Below, one piece after another: positions 22,938-31,286 of a stretch of 33,224 nt of DNA. The position numbers were made by a program, and so were the translations under genes. The notes under the pieces were generated by a model. That model was given only the letters and a program-made list of their open reading frames with translations, made no database searches and was not told the origin of the DNA. The number at the start of each line of letters is the position of its first letter. Positions within the stretch are counted from its first letter, which is position 1. Location: IMG/VR virus record IMGVR_UViG_2698536361_000001; one strand, given 5' to 3'. This stretch comes from a virus (taxonomy: Duplodnaviria; Heunggongvirae; Uroviricota; Caudoviricetes).

Positions 22938-23457
22938 TCAGCAACCCCGGTATCAGTTCATCCAGCGCGGCTGCTTTGTTCATGGCTTTGATGATATCCC
23001 GTTTCAGGAAATCAACATGTCGGTTTTCCAGTTCCGGAAAACGCCGCTGCACCGACAGGGGGATCCCGTCGAGAATACTGGCAATTTCACCTGCGATACG
23101 CGACAGCACGAAAGTACAGAATGCGGTTTCCACCACTTCAGCGGAGTCTCTGGCATTTTTCAGCTCCTGTGCATCGGCCTGCGCACGCGTAAGTCGATGG
23201 CGTTCGTACTCAATAGTCCCTGGCTGGAGATCTGTCTCGCTGGCCTGCAGCAGTTCTTCAACCTCCCGGCGCAGCTTTTCGTTCTCAATTTCAGCATCCC
23301 TTTCGGCATACCATTTTATGACGGCGGCAGAGTCATAAAGCACCTCATTACCCTTGCCACCGCCTCGCAGAACGGGCATTCCCTGTTCCTGCCAGTTCTG
23401 AATGGTACGGATACTCGCACCGAAAATGTCAGCCAGCTGCTTTTTGTTGACTTCCAT
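22912..23457 (-). CDS. nu1: Terminase small subunit Nu1
   Basis: 181 aa, MEVNKKQLADIFGASIRTIQNWQEQGMPVLRGGGKG..., lambda Nu1. Confidence 0.95.
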
Positions 23458-23760
23458 TGCTCATTCCACGGACAAAAACAGAGAAAGGAAACGACAGAGG
23501 CCAAAAAGCTCGCTTTCAGGACCTGTCGTTTCCTTTCTTTTCAGGGGGTGTTTTAAATAAAAACATTAGGTTACGGCGAAGAAGAACGGAAACACCTTAA
23601 ACCGGAAAATTTTCATAAATAGCGAAAACCCGCGAGGTCGCCGCCCCGTAACCTGTCGGATCGCCGGAAAGGACCCGTTGGCCGTTCTGGTCTACTTCGT
23701 AATGGGATTTAATAGCTGAACGACAAAAGTCTTGCGACCACAGTCACACAGACCTGAATA
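23458..23760. other. cos: cos region; cosN 12-nt cohesive end at 23635..23646, with cosB between cosN and nu1 and cosQ on the bor side
   Basis: Plus strand AGGTCGCCGCCC is the reverse complement of the lambda cohesive end GGGCGGCGACCT; flanks match the lambda left and right ends. Confidence 0.75.
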
Positions 23761-24124
23761 CACGTCCTGTTTCTTCCACCCCCGCACAGGACTGGCGAGC
23801 ATGAGGGCCCCCCCCCCGCGAACCATAAACGCGGTAAAAACCCGGTGTGCATCGTTTTTGATTATTCCCGCACACTCACGCAGAAGGAATTCCCCGTCGG
23901 GCTACGGTCATGGTTAATGCGGGAATACGGCGACGATACAGCGCAGCTAAAAGGGTAATGGACAGATAGAGCGGTTTATTTCATTCCACAGGATTCTGAG
24001 TGCCTCCCTCCTCCAATAGGCTGAGCATCCACCTATATAGTTTTAATTTTCATCAATCCATTTAACTATCGTTTAATTGTTGTCACATAGGATTCTGCCG
24101 TTTTTAACAATGCAGGATAATAAG

Positions 24125-24418
24125 ATGAAAAAAATGTTGTTTTCTGCCGCTCTGGCAATGCTTATTACAGGATGTGCTCAACAGACGTTTACTGTTGGAA
24201 ACAAACCGACAGCAGTAACACCAAAGGAAACCATCACCCATCATTTCTTCGTTTCGGGAATTGGACAGGAGAAAACTGTTGATGCAGCCAAAATTTGTGG
24301 CGGCGCAGAAAATGTTGTTAAAACAGAAACCCAGCAAACATTCGTAAATGGATTGCTCGGTTTTATTACTTTAGGCATTTATACTCCGCTGGAAGCGCGT
24401 GTCTATTGCTCACAATAA
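24125..24418 (+). CDS. bor: Bor lipoprotein (serum-resistance associated)
   Basis: MKKMLFSAALAMLITGCAQQTFTV... 97 aa, lipobox LITGC; near-identical to lambda Bor. Confidence 0.9.
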   Translation: MKKMLFSAALAMLITGCAQQTFTVGNKPTAVTPKETITHHFFVSGIGQEKTVDAAKICGGAENVVKTETQQTFVNGLLGFITLGIYTPLEARVYCSQ

Positions 24419-24424
24419 TTGCAT

Positions 24425-24450
24425 GAGTTGCCCATCGATATGGGCAGCTC
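24425..24450. terminator. Hairpin between convergent bor and Rz (possible bidirectional terminator)
   Basis: Inverted repeat TGCCCAT-CGAT-ATGGGCA. Confidence 0.35.
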
Positions 24451-24911
24451 TATCTGCACTGCTCATTAATATACTTCTGGGTTCCTTCCAGTTGTTTTTG
24501 CATCGTGATCAGCCTCTCTCTGAGGGTGAAATAATCCCGTTCAGCGGTGTCTGCCAGTCGGGGGGAGGCTGCATTATCCACGCCGGAGGCGGTGGTGGCT
24601 TCACGCACTGACTGACAGACTGCTTTGATGTGCAACCGACGACGACCAGCGGCAACATCATCACGCAGAGCATCATTTTCAGCTTTCGCATCAGCTAACT
24701 CCTTCGTGTATTTTGCATCGAGCGCAGCAACATCACGCTGACGCATCTGCATGTCAGTAATTGCCGCATTCGCCAGCTTCAGTTCTCTGGCATTTTTGTC
24801 GCGCTGGGCTTTGTAGGTAATGGCGTTATCACGGTAATGATTAACAGTCCATAACAGGCAGACGATGATGCAGATGAGCAGAGCGGAGATAATCGCGGTT
24901 AACCGACTCAT
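24450..24911 (-). CDS. Rz: Spanin inner-membrane subunit Rz
   Basis: 153 aa from [21 protein letters not shown]...; lambda Rz. Confidence 0.9.
   Translation of the reverse strand: MSRLTAIISALLICIIVCLLWTVNHYRDNAITYKAQRDKNARELKLANAAITDMQMRQRDVAALDAKYTKELADAKAENDALRDDVAAGRRRLHIKAVCQSVREATTASGVDNAASPRLADTAERDYFTLRERLITMQKQLEGTQKYINEQCR
24509..24691 (-). CDS. Rz1: Spanin outer-membrane lipoprotein Rz1 (embedded in Rz, +1 frame)
   Basis: 60 aa, lipobox VVGC, proline-rich [21 protein letters not shown]. Confidence 0.85.
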   Translation of the reverse strand: MRKLKMMLCVMMLPLVVVGCTSKQSVSQCVKPPPPPAWIMQPPPDWQTPLNGIISPSERG

Positions 24912-24999
24912 GACATCAACACTCCAACAGCCAGAAACCACGGCCACGCATCGTTGCCATTGAATGCGAGCAACGCTGCCATGAAAAAGCAAATCATGC

Positions 25000-25497
25000 T
25001 CATTGTTGCCCCCACAAACAGACTTCACGCTCAATCTCACGGCGAGTCATCAGCCCTTTCCATTGCTTACCGCCAGCGTATGTCCAGCGCCGTAGCTGAT
25101 CACATGCGCCTTTGATATCGCCCTGGTTTATTTTGCGAAGAAGCGTCGATGTTCTGAAATTGCCAGCGCCCACGTTGTAAACGAATGAGTAAAGAGCGCC
25201 GCGCGTTGTTTCCGGTATATCGACTGTGATGTACGGGTTAATTTGTCTGGCGACAGTGGCAAGGTCTTTATTCAGGAGGGCTTTGCATTCTGCTTCGGTA
25301 TACGTTTTACCGAGCATGATGTCTTTTCCGGTGTGTCCGTGACATACAGTCCATACGCCAACGATATCTTTGTATGGTATGTAGCTGACACCTTCCAGGC
25401 CATCGTCACCACTCGGACCAGTGATGAGCACAGACGCTATGGCAACAGCCCCACCACCAATAGCAGCAGCAATAGCCTTGCGTAATGATGGCGACAT
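25000..25497 (-). CDS. R: SAR endolysin (T4-lysozyme fold, signal-anchor-release type; phage 21 R-like)
   Basis: 165 aa; N-terminal SAR segment [20 protein letters not shown]. Confidence 0.9.
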   Translation of the reverse strand: MSPSLRKAIAAAIGGGAVAIASVLITGPSGDDGLEGVSYIPYKDIVGVWTVCHGHTGKDIMLGKTYTEAECKALLNKDLATVARQINPYITVDIPETTRGALYSFVYNVGAGNFRTSTLLRKINQGDIKGACDQLRRWTYAGGKQWKGLMTRREIEREVCLWGQQ

Positions 25498-25712
25498 TAT
25501 TCACCTCTCGCAGCCTTACGCTTATCTTCTTTAATCTTGAAATAAAGGTTTGTCAGATACGTCAGCAAGCCAAATACCAGACTACCCAGCACACCTATTG
25601 CCGCCCACTGTGAGGGCGTGACTTTATCGAGCAACTGTAAAAACCAGTACCCGGCACTACCTGCTGAGGTGCCATAGGCGACACCCGTTGTTAACTTATC
25701 CATGGATTTCAT
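25497..25712 (-). CDS. S: Pinholin (class II holin, phage 21 S-like)
   Basis: 71 aa, [25 protein letters not shown]...; dual start (M1/M4); stop overlaps the R start as TAATG. Confidence 0.9.
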
Positions 25713-25852
25713 AACCCCACCTCGCAGACAAAGCGGGTGTAAATTAAGGGGATACTACGTATCGCAATAAAGGCAGAAACGTAACAGATTTGGAGTCAGT
25801 GAATAACTCAGGTATTGGGTTATCAGCTAATATCGAGACTCAAAAAATGGAA

Positions 25853-25874
25853 AAACCCGCTCGACGGCGGGTTT
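25853..25874 (-). terminator. Putative intrinsic terminator on the late strand about 140 bp upstream of S
   Basis: Minus-strand AAACCCGC-loop-GCGGGTTT followed by TTTTTCCATTTTTT. Confidence 0.4.
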
Positions 25875-26301
25875 AAGCTGTGTGACGAAGTAACCACTCT
25901 TAACAGCATAACCAATTTTTTACGTACGTAAACTACTAAATGATATTTGTGAGAATGCCACCGAGTGTTCAAAACACCACCACAAATACATAAGAAAACT
26001 TCAACAAATAACCAATGAATAATTTCCGATGTTATTTTTAGTTTGTTTAAATTAAGCTAAAGAATTATAGAGCGCTTATAAATAAGTGCCATTAATATAA
26101 ATTAGCTAATAGATTTATTTTCGTTCAAACAAGAGCCATGAATAGGATTAGATAGAAAAGGTTCAGATAAAAATAGAGATCTACTTCACAAATTAAATGA
26201 GAAACTAAAACTTACATCTTGAAATAATCGCATTGATTAGATGAATATTTATCGCGCAGTGACATCATTTTTTAATAATAGTTCAAAAAAAAGGGCGTAC
26301 A

Positions 26302-27384
26302 ATGAAAAAATTAACAGTGGCAATTTCTGCTGTAGCTGCATCAGTACTGATGGCGATGTCTGCTCAGGCAGCTGAAATTTATAATAAAGACAGTAACAAG
26401 CTGGATCTATACGGGAAAGTTAATGCCAAGCACTACTTTTCCTCTAATGATGCAGATGATGGTGATACTACTTATGCCCGTCTTGGCTTCAAAGGTGAAA
26501 CCCAAATCAACGATCAACTGACTGGTTTCGGTCAGTGGGAATATGAATTCAAAGGCAACCGTGCTGAATCTCAAGGTTCTTCCAAAGACAAAACCCGTCT
26601 TGCATTTGCAGGCCTGAAATTTGGTGATTACGGCTCAATCGATTACGGCCGTAACTACGGTGTAGCATACGACATCGGTGCGTGGACTGACGTCCTGCCA
26701 GAATTCGGTGGTGATACCTGGACCCAAACAGATGTGTTCATGACTGGTCGCACCACAGGTGTTGCAACCTATCGTAACAACGACTTCTTTGGTCTGGTCG
26801 ATGGCCTGAACTTTGCTGCTCAGTATCAGGGTAAAAATGACCGCACTGACGTAACTGAAGCCAATGGTGATGGTTTCGGTTTCTCCACTACTTATGAGTA
26901 TGAAGGATTCGGCGTGGGTGCAACCTATGCTAAATCAGATCGCACTGACGGTCAGGTCGCCTATGGTAAGAGCAAATTCAATGCCTCCGGCAAAAATGCG
27001 GAAGTATGGGCTGCAGGCCTGAAATATGATGCGAACAATATCTATCTGGCTACCACATATTCTGAAACTCAGAATATGACCGTTTTTGGTAATAACCATA
27101 TTGCAAACAAAGCACAAAACTTTGAAGCAGTAGCACAATATCAGTTTGACTTCGGTCTGCGACCATCTGTTGCTTACCTTCAGTCAAAAGGTAAAGACCT
27201 TGGTGTTCATGGTGACCGAGACTTAGTCAAGTATGTCGATGTCGGTGCTACTTACTACTTTAATAAAAACATGTCCACTTTTGTTGATTACAAAATCAAC
27301 TTAATTGACGATAGTAAGTTTACCAAAACAGCTGGTATTGATACCGACGACATCGTCGCTGTAGGTCTGGTTTATCAGTTCTAA
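26302..27384 (+). CDS. nmpC: Outer-membrane general porin, OmpC/OmpF family (phage-borne NmpC/Lc type)
   Basis: 360 aa, signal peptide ...AMSAQA, porin C-terminus ...VAVGLVYQF; matches NmpC/Lc as remembered. Confidence 0.95.
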   Translation: MKKLTVAISAVAASVLMAMSAQAAEIYNKDSNKLDLYGKVNAKHYFSSNDADDGDTTYARLGFKGETQINDQLTGFGQWEYEFKGNRAESQGSSKDKTRLAFAGLKFGDYGSIDYGRNYGVAYDIGAWTDVLPEFGGDTWTQTDVFMTGRTTGVATYRNNDFFGLVDGLNFAAQYQGKNDRTDVTEANGDGFGFSTTYEYEGFGVGATYAKSDRTDGQVAYGKSKFNASGKNAEVWAAGLKYDANNIYLATTYSETQNMTVFGNNHIANKAQNFEAVAQYQFDFGLRPSVAYLQSKGKDLGVHGDRDLVKYVDVGATYYFNKNMSTFVDYKINLIDDSKFTKTAGIDTDDIVAVGLVYQF

Positions 27385-27392
27385 TCTGACTT

Positions 27393-27435
27393 ACGAAAAA
27401 GATATGTTGCGGGAGGCTTTGCCTCCGCAACATAT
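27393..27435 (-). terminator. Intrinsic terminator on the minus strand (candidate tR' or Q-operon terminator) abutting the porin stop
   Basis: 15-bp stem ATATGTTGCGGAGGC / GCCTCCCGCAACATAT followed by CTTTTTCG on the minus strand. Confidence 0.45.
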
Positions 27436-27521
27436 AAGTGGAGCCCTCAAGCCACTTCCTTTAGAAGCACTACCTTGCTTCTTACTATATAAACCTTCTG
27501 TTATATATTACCCTTTATTTT

Positions 27522-27549
27522 GGGGGCGTTTCCACGCCCCATTTTTAAT
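27522..27549 (+). terminator. Intrinsic terminator on the plus strand (likely the porin terminator)
   Basis: GGGGCGT-TTCC-ACGCCCC followed by ATTTTTAAT. Confidence 0.5.
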
Positions 27550-27572
27550 AACTTTTAGTAAACAATTGCATA

Positions 27573-27956
27573 TCAATTAGAATTATTAGCAACGATATCC
27601 ATATCTAACCGGATATCTAATGCCATTAACATCCCTTCAATTATGCCCTCAGCCTTCTGTAACCTTTTCCCGATATAACCATCCGAGCAGCAATGCTTAC
27701 TTGCCAGTGACATGAATGTCATACCACATACATAATAATCTACTAATAAATCGTGTAAATCGCTGTTGTTCTTTTTCAGACGGGCCATGCACCCGCAAAT
27801 GATCATCGCGTCATCGTCACAACATTGCGGGCGAGATTTTACTTTTGAAGGAATTAATCCCTTAAAACCGGCGGCAACGGACGACCAGGTCACATCTTCA
27901 TGATTATTAGCCGCCCACGCTCCCCAACGCTCAAGAACCATCTGAATATCACGCAT
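27573..27956 (-). CDS. quuD: Late-gene antiterminator Q (phage 82 / DLP12 QuuD type)
   Basis: [24 protein letters not shown]... 127 aa; matches QuuD as remembered; the ORF track extends 5 codons upstream. Confidence 0.85.
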   Translation of the reverse strand: MRDIQMVLERWGAWAANNHEDVTWSSVAAGFKGLIPSKVKSRPQCCDDDAMIICGCMARLKKNNSDLHDLLVDYYVCGMTFMSLASKHCCSDGYIGKRLQKAEGIIEGMLMALDIRLDMDIVANNSN

Positions 27957-28041
27957 CAACTTACTCCACAAAAATCAGACCAGAACGCCAATTACAAGCA
28001 AAAATCAACAAAACAGTATTAGTTGATTGTTATCTCTGACT

Positions 28042-28182
28042 TCATACTCCTGCTCCTGTCAGGGTTTTGGCGTAATTCTTCAGTATTCGGTAATCGGTCA
28101 AAACAGAACCAGGAAAACGATATAAGCGCAGGCGCACCCAGCGGCGGCGAAGACGCTCTGCCATATAAGACTCAAACATCAT
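28042..28182 (-). CDS. ylcG: Small basic protein YlcG-like (46 aa)
   Basis: [46 protein letters not shown]; start overlaps the rusA stop (ATGA); below the ORF-track length cutoff. Confidence 0.5.
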   Translation of the reverse strand: MMFESYMAERLRRRWVRLRLYRFPGSVLTDYRILKNYAKTLTGAGV

Positions 28183-28541
28183 TCATCTCCCAGTTCGGTG
28201 ATGGTCAGCTCCAGCTTCCCACCTTTGGTAACGGGCATCTTCACAACACGGTAATCAACGACCTGAATATCATCCAGCCAGAAACCTGCTTTGGTGAGTG
28301 CGTCAAAAGCGGCTTTTTGCAGATTATCCAGGTCACGGCGACGGCGATCCGGCATGTGGCACTCAATACGGATTTTCACTGGCATAGCCAAGCCGATATC
28401 CAGCATTGCGTTTTTAATGATTCGGGCGACGTTATCGCAGTATGCCTGCCCCTCTGCGCTGACGTGCGTGCGCCCACGATTATGGCGGTAATAGCGATTA
28501 TTGCTCGGAGGCCAAGGTAATGTGATGCTGTAGGTATTCAC
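28179..28541 (-). CDS. rusA: Holliday junction resolvase RusA
   Basis: 120 aa, [34 protein letters not shown]..., DLP12 RusA. Confidence 0.9.
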   Translation of the reverse strand: MNTYSITLPWPPSNNRYYRHNRGRTHVSAEGQAYCDNVARIIKNAMLDIGLAMPVKIRIECHMPDRRRRDLDNLQKAAFDALTKAGFWLDDIQVVDYRVVKMPVTKGGKLELTITELGDE

Positions 28542-28828
28542 GCCTCAATAACCCCCTCTTTCAACCAGATAACCTGTGTTCTCGCCATACCTTCCAGCGC
28601 GCATTCTTTTGCATATCCAGCGTCAACAAAATGCGTGCGACGGTCGATTTCGTCGTGGCAGGCAGAACATGCAATGGTGGCAATCAGGTCTGGCGGTTTG
28701 ATACCGGTACCGCACAATCCAGCCAGCCGGATATGTGCCAGTACTGACGTTTCAGGATTGCCATTACATACGCCAGGGATTCTTACCTGGCATTCCCGAC
28801 CACGCGCTGCTTTTCTCAAATCAGCCAT
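28538..28828 (-). CDS. ybcO: YbcO-like protein (DUF1364, putative nuclease)
   Basis: 96 aa from [28 protein letters not shown]...; Cys-rich. Confidence 0.8.
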   Translation of the reverse strand: MADLRKAARGRECQVRIPGVCNGNPETSVLAHIRLAGLCGTGIKPPDLIATIACSACHDEIDRRTHFVDAGYAKECALEGMARTQVIWLKEGVIEA

Positions 28829-28991
28829 GATTCCTCCTTGCTGCCAGTCGCAACCATTTTTTATCAACCAGGCTGGCGGTATACCCGAGCAGTGTTGGTA
28901 TTTCGGATGGCTTCAGCTCAGGTTTACGCTTACGACGATTTGGTACTTTGTAGATGTGTCCGTTCATGATACGAATAAGCGGTGTAGCCAT
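28821..28991 (-). CDS. ninE: NinE family protein (56 aa)
   Basis: [56 protein letters not shown]; start overlaps the ybcN stop as TAATG; below the ORF-track cutoff. Confidence 0.7.
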   Translation of the reverse strand: MATPLIRIMNGHIYKVPNRRKRKPELKPSEIPTLLGYTASLVDKKWLRLAARRNHG

Positions 28992-29446
28992 TACGCCTCC
29001 TGCTTGTCGCGCAGCAGCTGGAACTCGCAGCGCTGCGGAATAGTCAGGTGGCAGCCAATATTCATCGCCCAGGCTTCAACCTTACACAGGAAGACATACA
29101 TCTCTCCGGTATCAAGATCGGAGGTATGGCGTAACGACTGGATAGTAGTGATTTCGCCGGTTACGACATCAACCAGGTCCTTGGTTTCATAACCGAGGTA
29201 TGTGTGTTTGAGAGCATCTTTTACCCATGCTGCGGTAGCGAACGATTTCCCCCTGCTGATGAGGTATTCACTGATTTCGCTGTACCACATATGGCTGAGT
29301 GCATTCTGGGAAAGACTGCGTTTCTCACGCCACGGTTTAAGCACCATGCGAAAGCATTTTCCGTCCTCCAGATAAGGCTGGATCTGCTGGCCGAAAGCGG
29401 TGAAGTTGCCGCGATGCAATTTGATGCCATCTTGTGGGAGGTTCAC
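28991..29446 (-). CDS. ybcN: YbcN family protein (nin-region protein of DLP12-type phages)
   Basis: 151 aa, matches DLP12 YbcN as remembered. Confidence 0.8.
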   Translation of the reverse strand: MNLPQDGIKLHRGNFTAFGQQIQPYLEDGKCFRMVLKPWREKRSLSQNALSHMWYSEISEYLISRGKSFATAAWVKDALKHTYLGYETKDLVDVVTGEITTIQSLRHTSDLDTGEMYVFLCKVEAWAMNIGCHLTIPQRCEFQLLRDKQEA

Positions 29447-29929
29447 GATTCACCTCCGCAGAGGCCAAACGCTGGATGCAAAAAATCGCAGGTGCATTTC
29501 TGCATCTGTGAATGGAGAAGATAGGTTGGATTGTATGTGCGCATAAACGTCCCCGTTTAGCGCAGAAGTCACAGGAGTTGTTCAGGCTCCGGTGATACAA
29601 TTATGGCGAATTGATTATTCATAATCAAACAAGATAAGGTCTCAAACTTCATGCAAGCCAAGATTTATTTCTGACAGAATTATACAAAGAAGCTATTGGT
29701 CAGAATCTACTCGGACTGTAAAACATACGCATAACCTTAAGCTCTCACTTTAAGCATTGTTGAAATAATAGCCGTCAAGTACAACCTTAACCACGACTGG
29801 GATATTTCCCTAGCTACCACGAGTTGTACTGCTATTAAACTGCCGTTAAATTCAGTAAGAGAATTTCATCCGATAAGTCAAGGCATGTAAAACATAAAAA
29901 TTAACAAGATATTATCATCTGCAACACTA

Positions 29930-30937
29930 TTGTATGGTATGTCAATGGCCATGTCGGTCGGGAGTTGTGCAACACCTGTCCAGACTAATTTTCCTGGTTA
30001 CACCCCGGGTGCAGATATCATTAGTGTTTCACCCACCAGAAACCAGGTCGATCTCATTGGTGATGTTGTTTATTCCCAGATAAAAGGAACTCGTTCTGTC
30101 AGACAGCTTCACATGTCAGTTCTTGTCCCGCGAACAAATGATTTAAAACCAGCCATTATTTATTATCCCGGCGGCGGATTCATGTCTTCTGAACATGACA
30201 AATTTATTGAAATGAGAATGGCTCTGGCTGAAGCTGGTTTTGTTGTGGCCGCTGTAGAATACAGAACAATTCCTGATACATTTCCAGCACCAGTTGAGGA
30301 TGGGAAAGCTGCAATACGTTACTTGAGAGAACATGCCAGCGATTATGGGATTGATCCTCAAAGAATCGGAGTTCTGGGTGACTCTGCCGGTGGATGGCTT
30401 GCCCAGATGATGGGAACTACAAATGGTGACAAAACCTTTAATAAAGGTGACTTTCTTCAGCAATCAGCAGATGTTCAGGCAGTTGCCACACTTTATGGGA
30501 TTTCTGACTTGTTGAATATTGGCGAGGGGTTCCCTGAATCAGTGCAGGAGGTTCATCGATCTCCTGCCGTAACCGAAGCCTTAATGATCAATGGCCCTGC
30601 ATTCAGAAGTTTTGCGGGAGCCCCCATAACAGCGTCAAAAGAAAAAGCGCTAAACGCCAGTCCAATCGGACATATGAAAGGAGTAAAACCCCCATTTCTT
30701 ATTATGCATGGTAGCAAAGACACTCTGGTTTCACCTGAGCAAAGCGCCAAACTATTCAGGATGTTGAAGAAGAACGGCGATAACGCTGAGTACGTTCTGG
30801 TAGAAGGGGCTGAGCATGGCGATAATACATGGTATCAGCCAATTATTATAAACAGAGTTGTTGAGTGGTTTACTAAAAACCTGGGAACCCCCATAAAAAC
30901 CGCTACCCAACAACAAAAAACAAACGCTGACCTGTAA
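29930..30937 (+). CDS. Alpha/beta-hydrolase esterase/lipase (HSL-like), probably an ex-lipoprotein with a damaged 5' end
   Basis: Oxyanion-hole YPGGGF, nucleophile elbow GDSAGG, downstream Asp/His (HGSKDT, AEHGD). First codon of the listed ORF is TTG; in-frame ATG-TAA at 29885..29890 precedes a lipoprotein-like leader. Confidence 0.75.
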   Translation: MYGMSMAMSVGSCATPVQTNFPGYTPGADIISVSPTRNQVDLIGDVVYSQIKGTRSVRQLHMSVLVPRTNDLKPAIIYYPGGGFMSSEHDKFIEMRMALAEAGFVVAAVEYRTIPDTFPAPVEDGKAAIRYLREHASDYGIDPQRIGVLGDSAGGWLAQMMGTTNGDKTFNKGDFLQQSADVQAVATLYGISDLLNIGEGFPESVQEVHRSPAVTEALMINGPAFRSFAGAPITASKEKALNASPIGHMKGVKPPFLIMHGSKDTLVSPEQSAKLFRMLKKNGDNAEYVLVEGAEHGDNTWYQPIIINRVVEWFTKNLGTPIKTATQQQKTNADL

Positions 30938-30945
30938 AAAGCAGC

Positions 30946-30963
30946 CCGCACTTATGCGGGCTA
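30946..30963 (+). terminator. Putative terminator hairpin after the esterase gene
   Basis: GCCCGCA-CTTA-TGCGGGC immediately after the stop; weak U-tract. Confidence 0.35.
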
Positions 30964-31286
30964 ACCTATTTCACTCGATTCAAAAGAAATTATTTTTAAT
31001 GGGGGCGTGACCAGCCTCTCGGTGCTCAGATACTTAATGAAGTGGAGTGGCATTCAGGCAAGAGGTTAACATCACCTGTTCGCCATAACCAAGCACGTGC
31101 ACAAAGTTTGTTATCAGTGAATTGTTTTGTGATTGGGTATTGTTGAGCTACTAGAGCAAGAATGCCAACATCCAGTGGCAGTGCCTATAGTAAAACTATA
31201 GCTCAGGGCGCTTCGTTCAAGATAGTTAATATCATATTAGTCACTTTACTTTCATACCATAGCACGGTTGAAAAAGTGATTATTAC

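Noticed and set aside
24104-24337. 77-aa minus-strand ORF overlapping bor
   Set aside because: Antisense to the well-supported bor gene.
25875-26301. Possible small ORFs or an sRNA in the AT-rich region upstream of the porin gene
   Set aside because: No ORF of meaningful length with an RBS. AT-richness is expected for a porin promoter region, and there is not enough evidence to call an RNA gene.
28023-28520. 165-aa plus-strand ORF with a TTG first codon
   Set aside because: Antisense to rusA and ylcG, which are far better supported.
30143-30463. 106-aa minus-strand ORF inside the esterase gene
   Set aside because: Antisense to a gene with clear catalytic motifs; no start context.
30960-31286. 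Possible tRNA or att site in the intergenic region between the esterase and the recombinase
   Set aside because: No cloverleaf-compatible sequence or conserved tRNA elements could be found by eye. It would need tRNAscan-type analysis to exclude fully.
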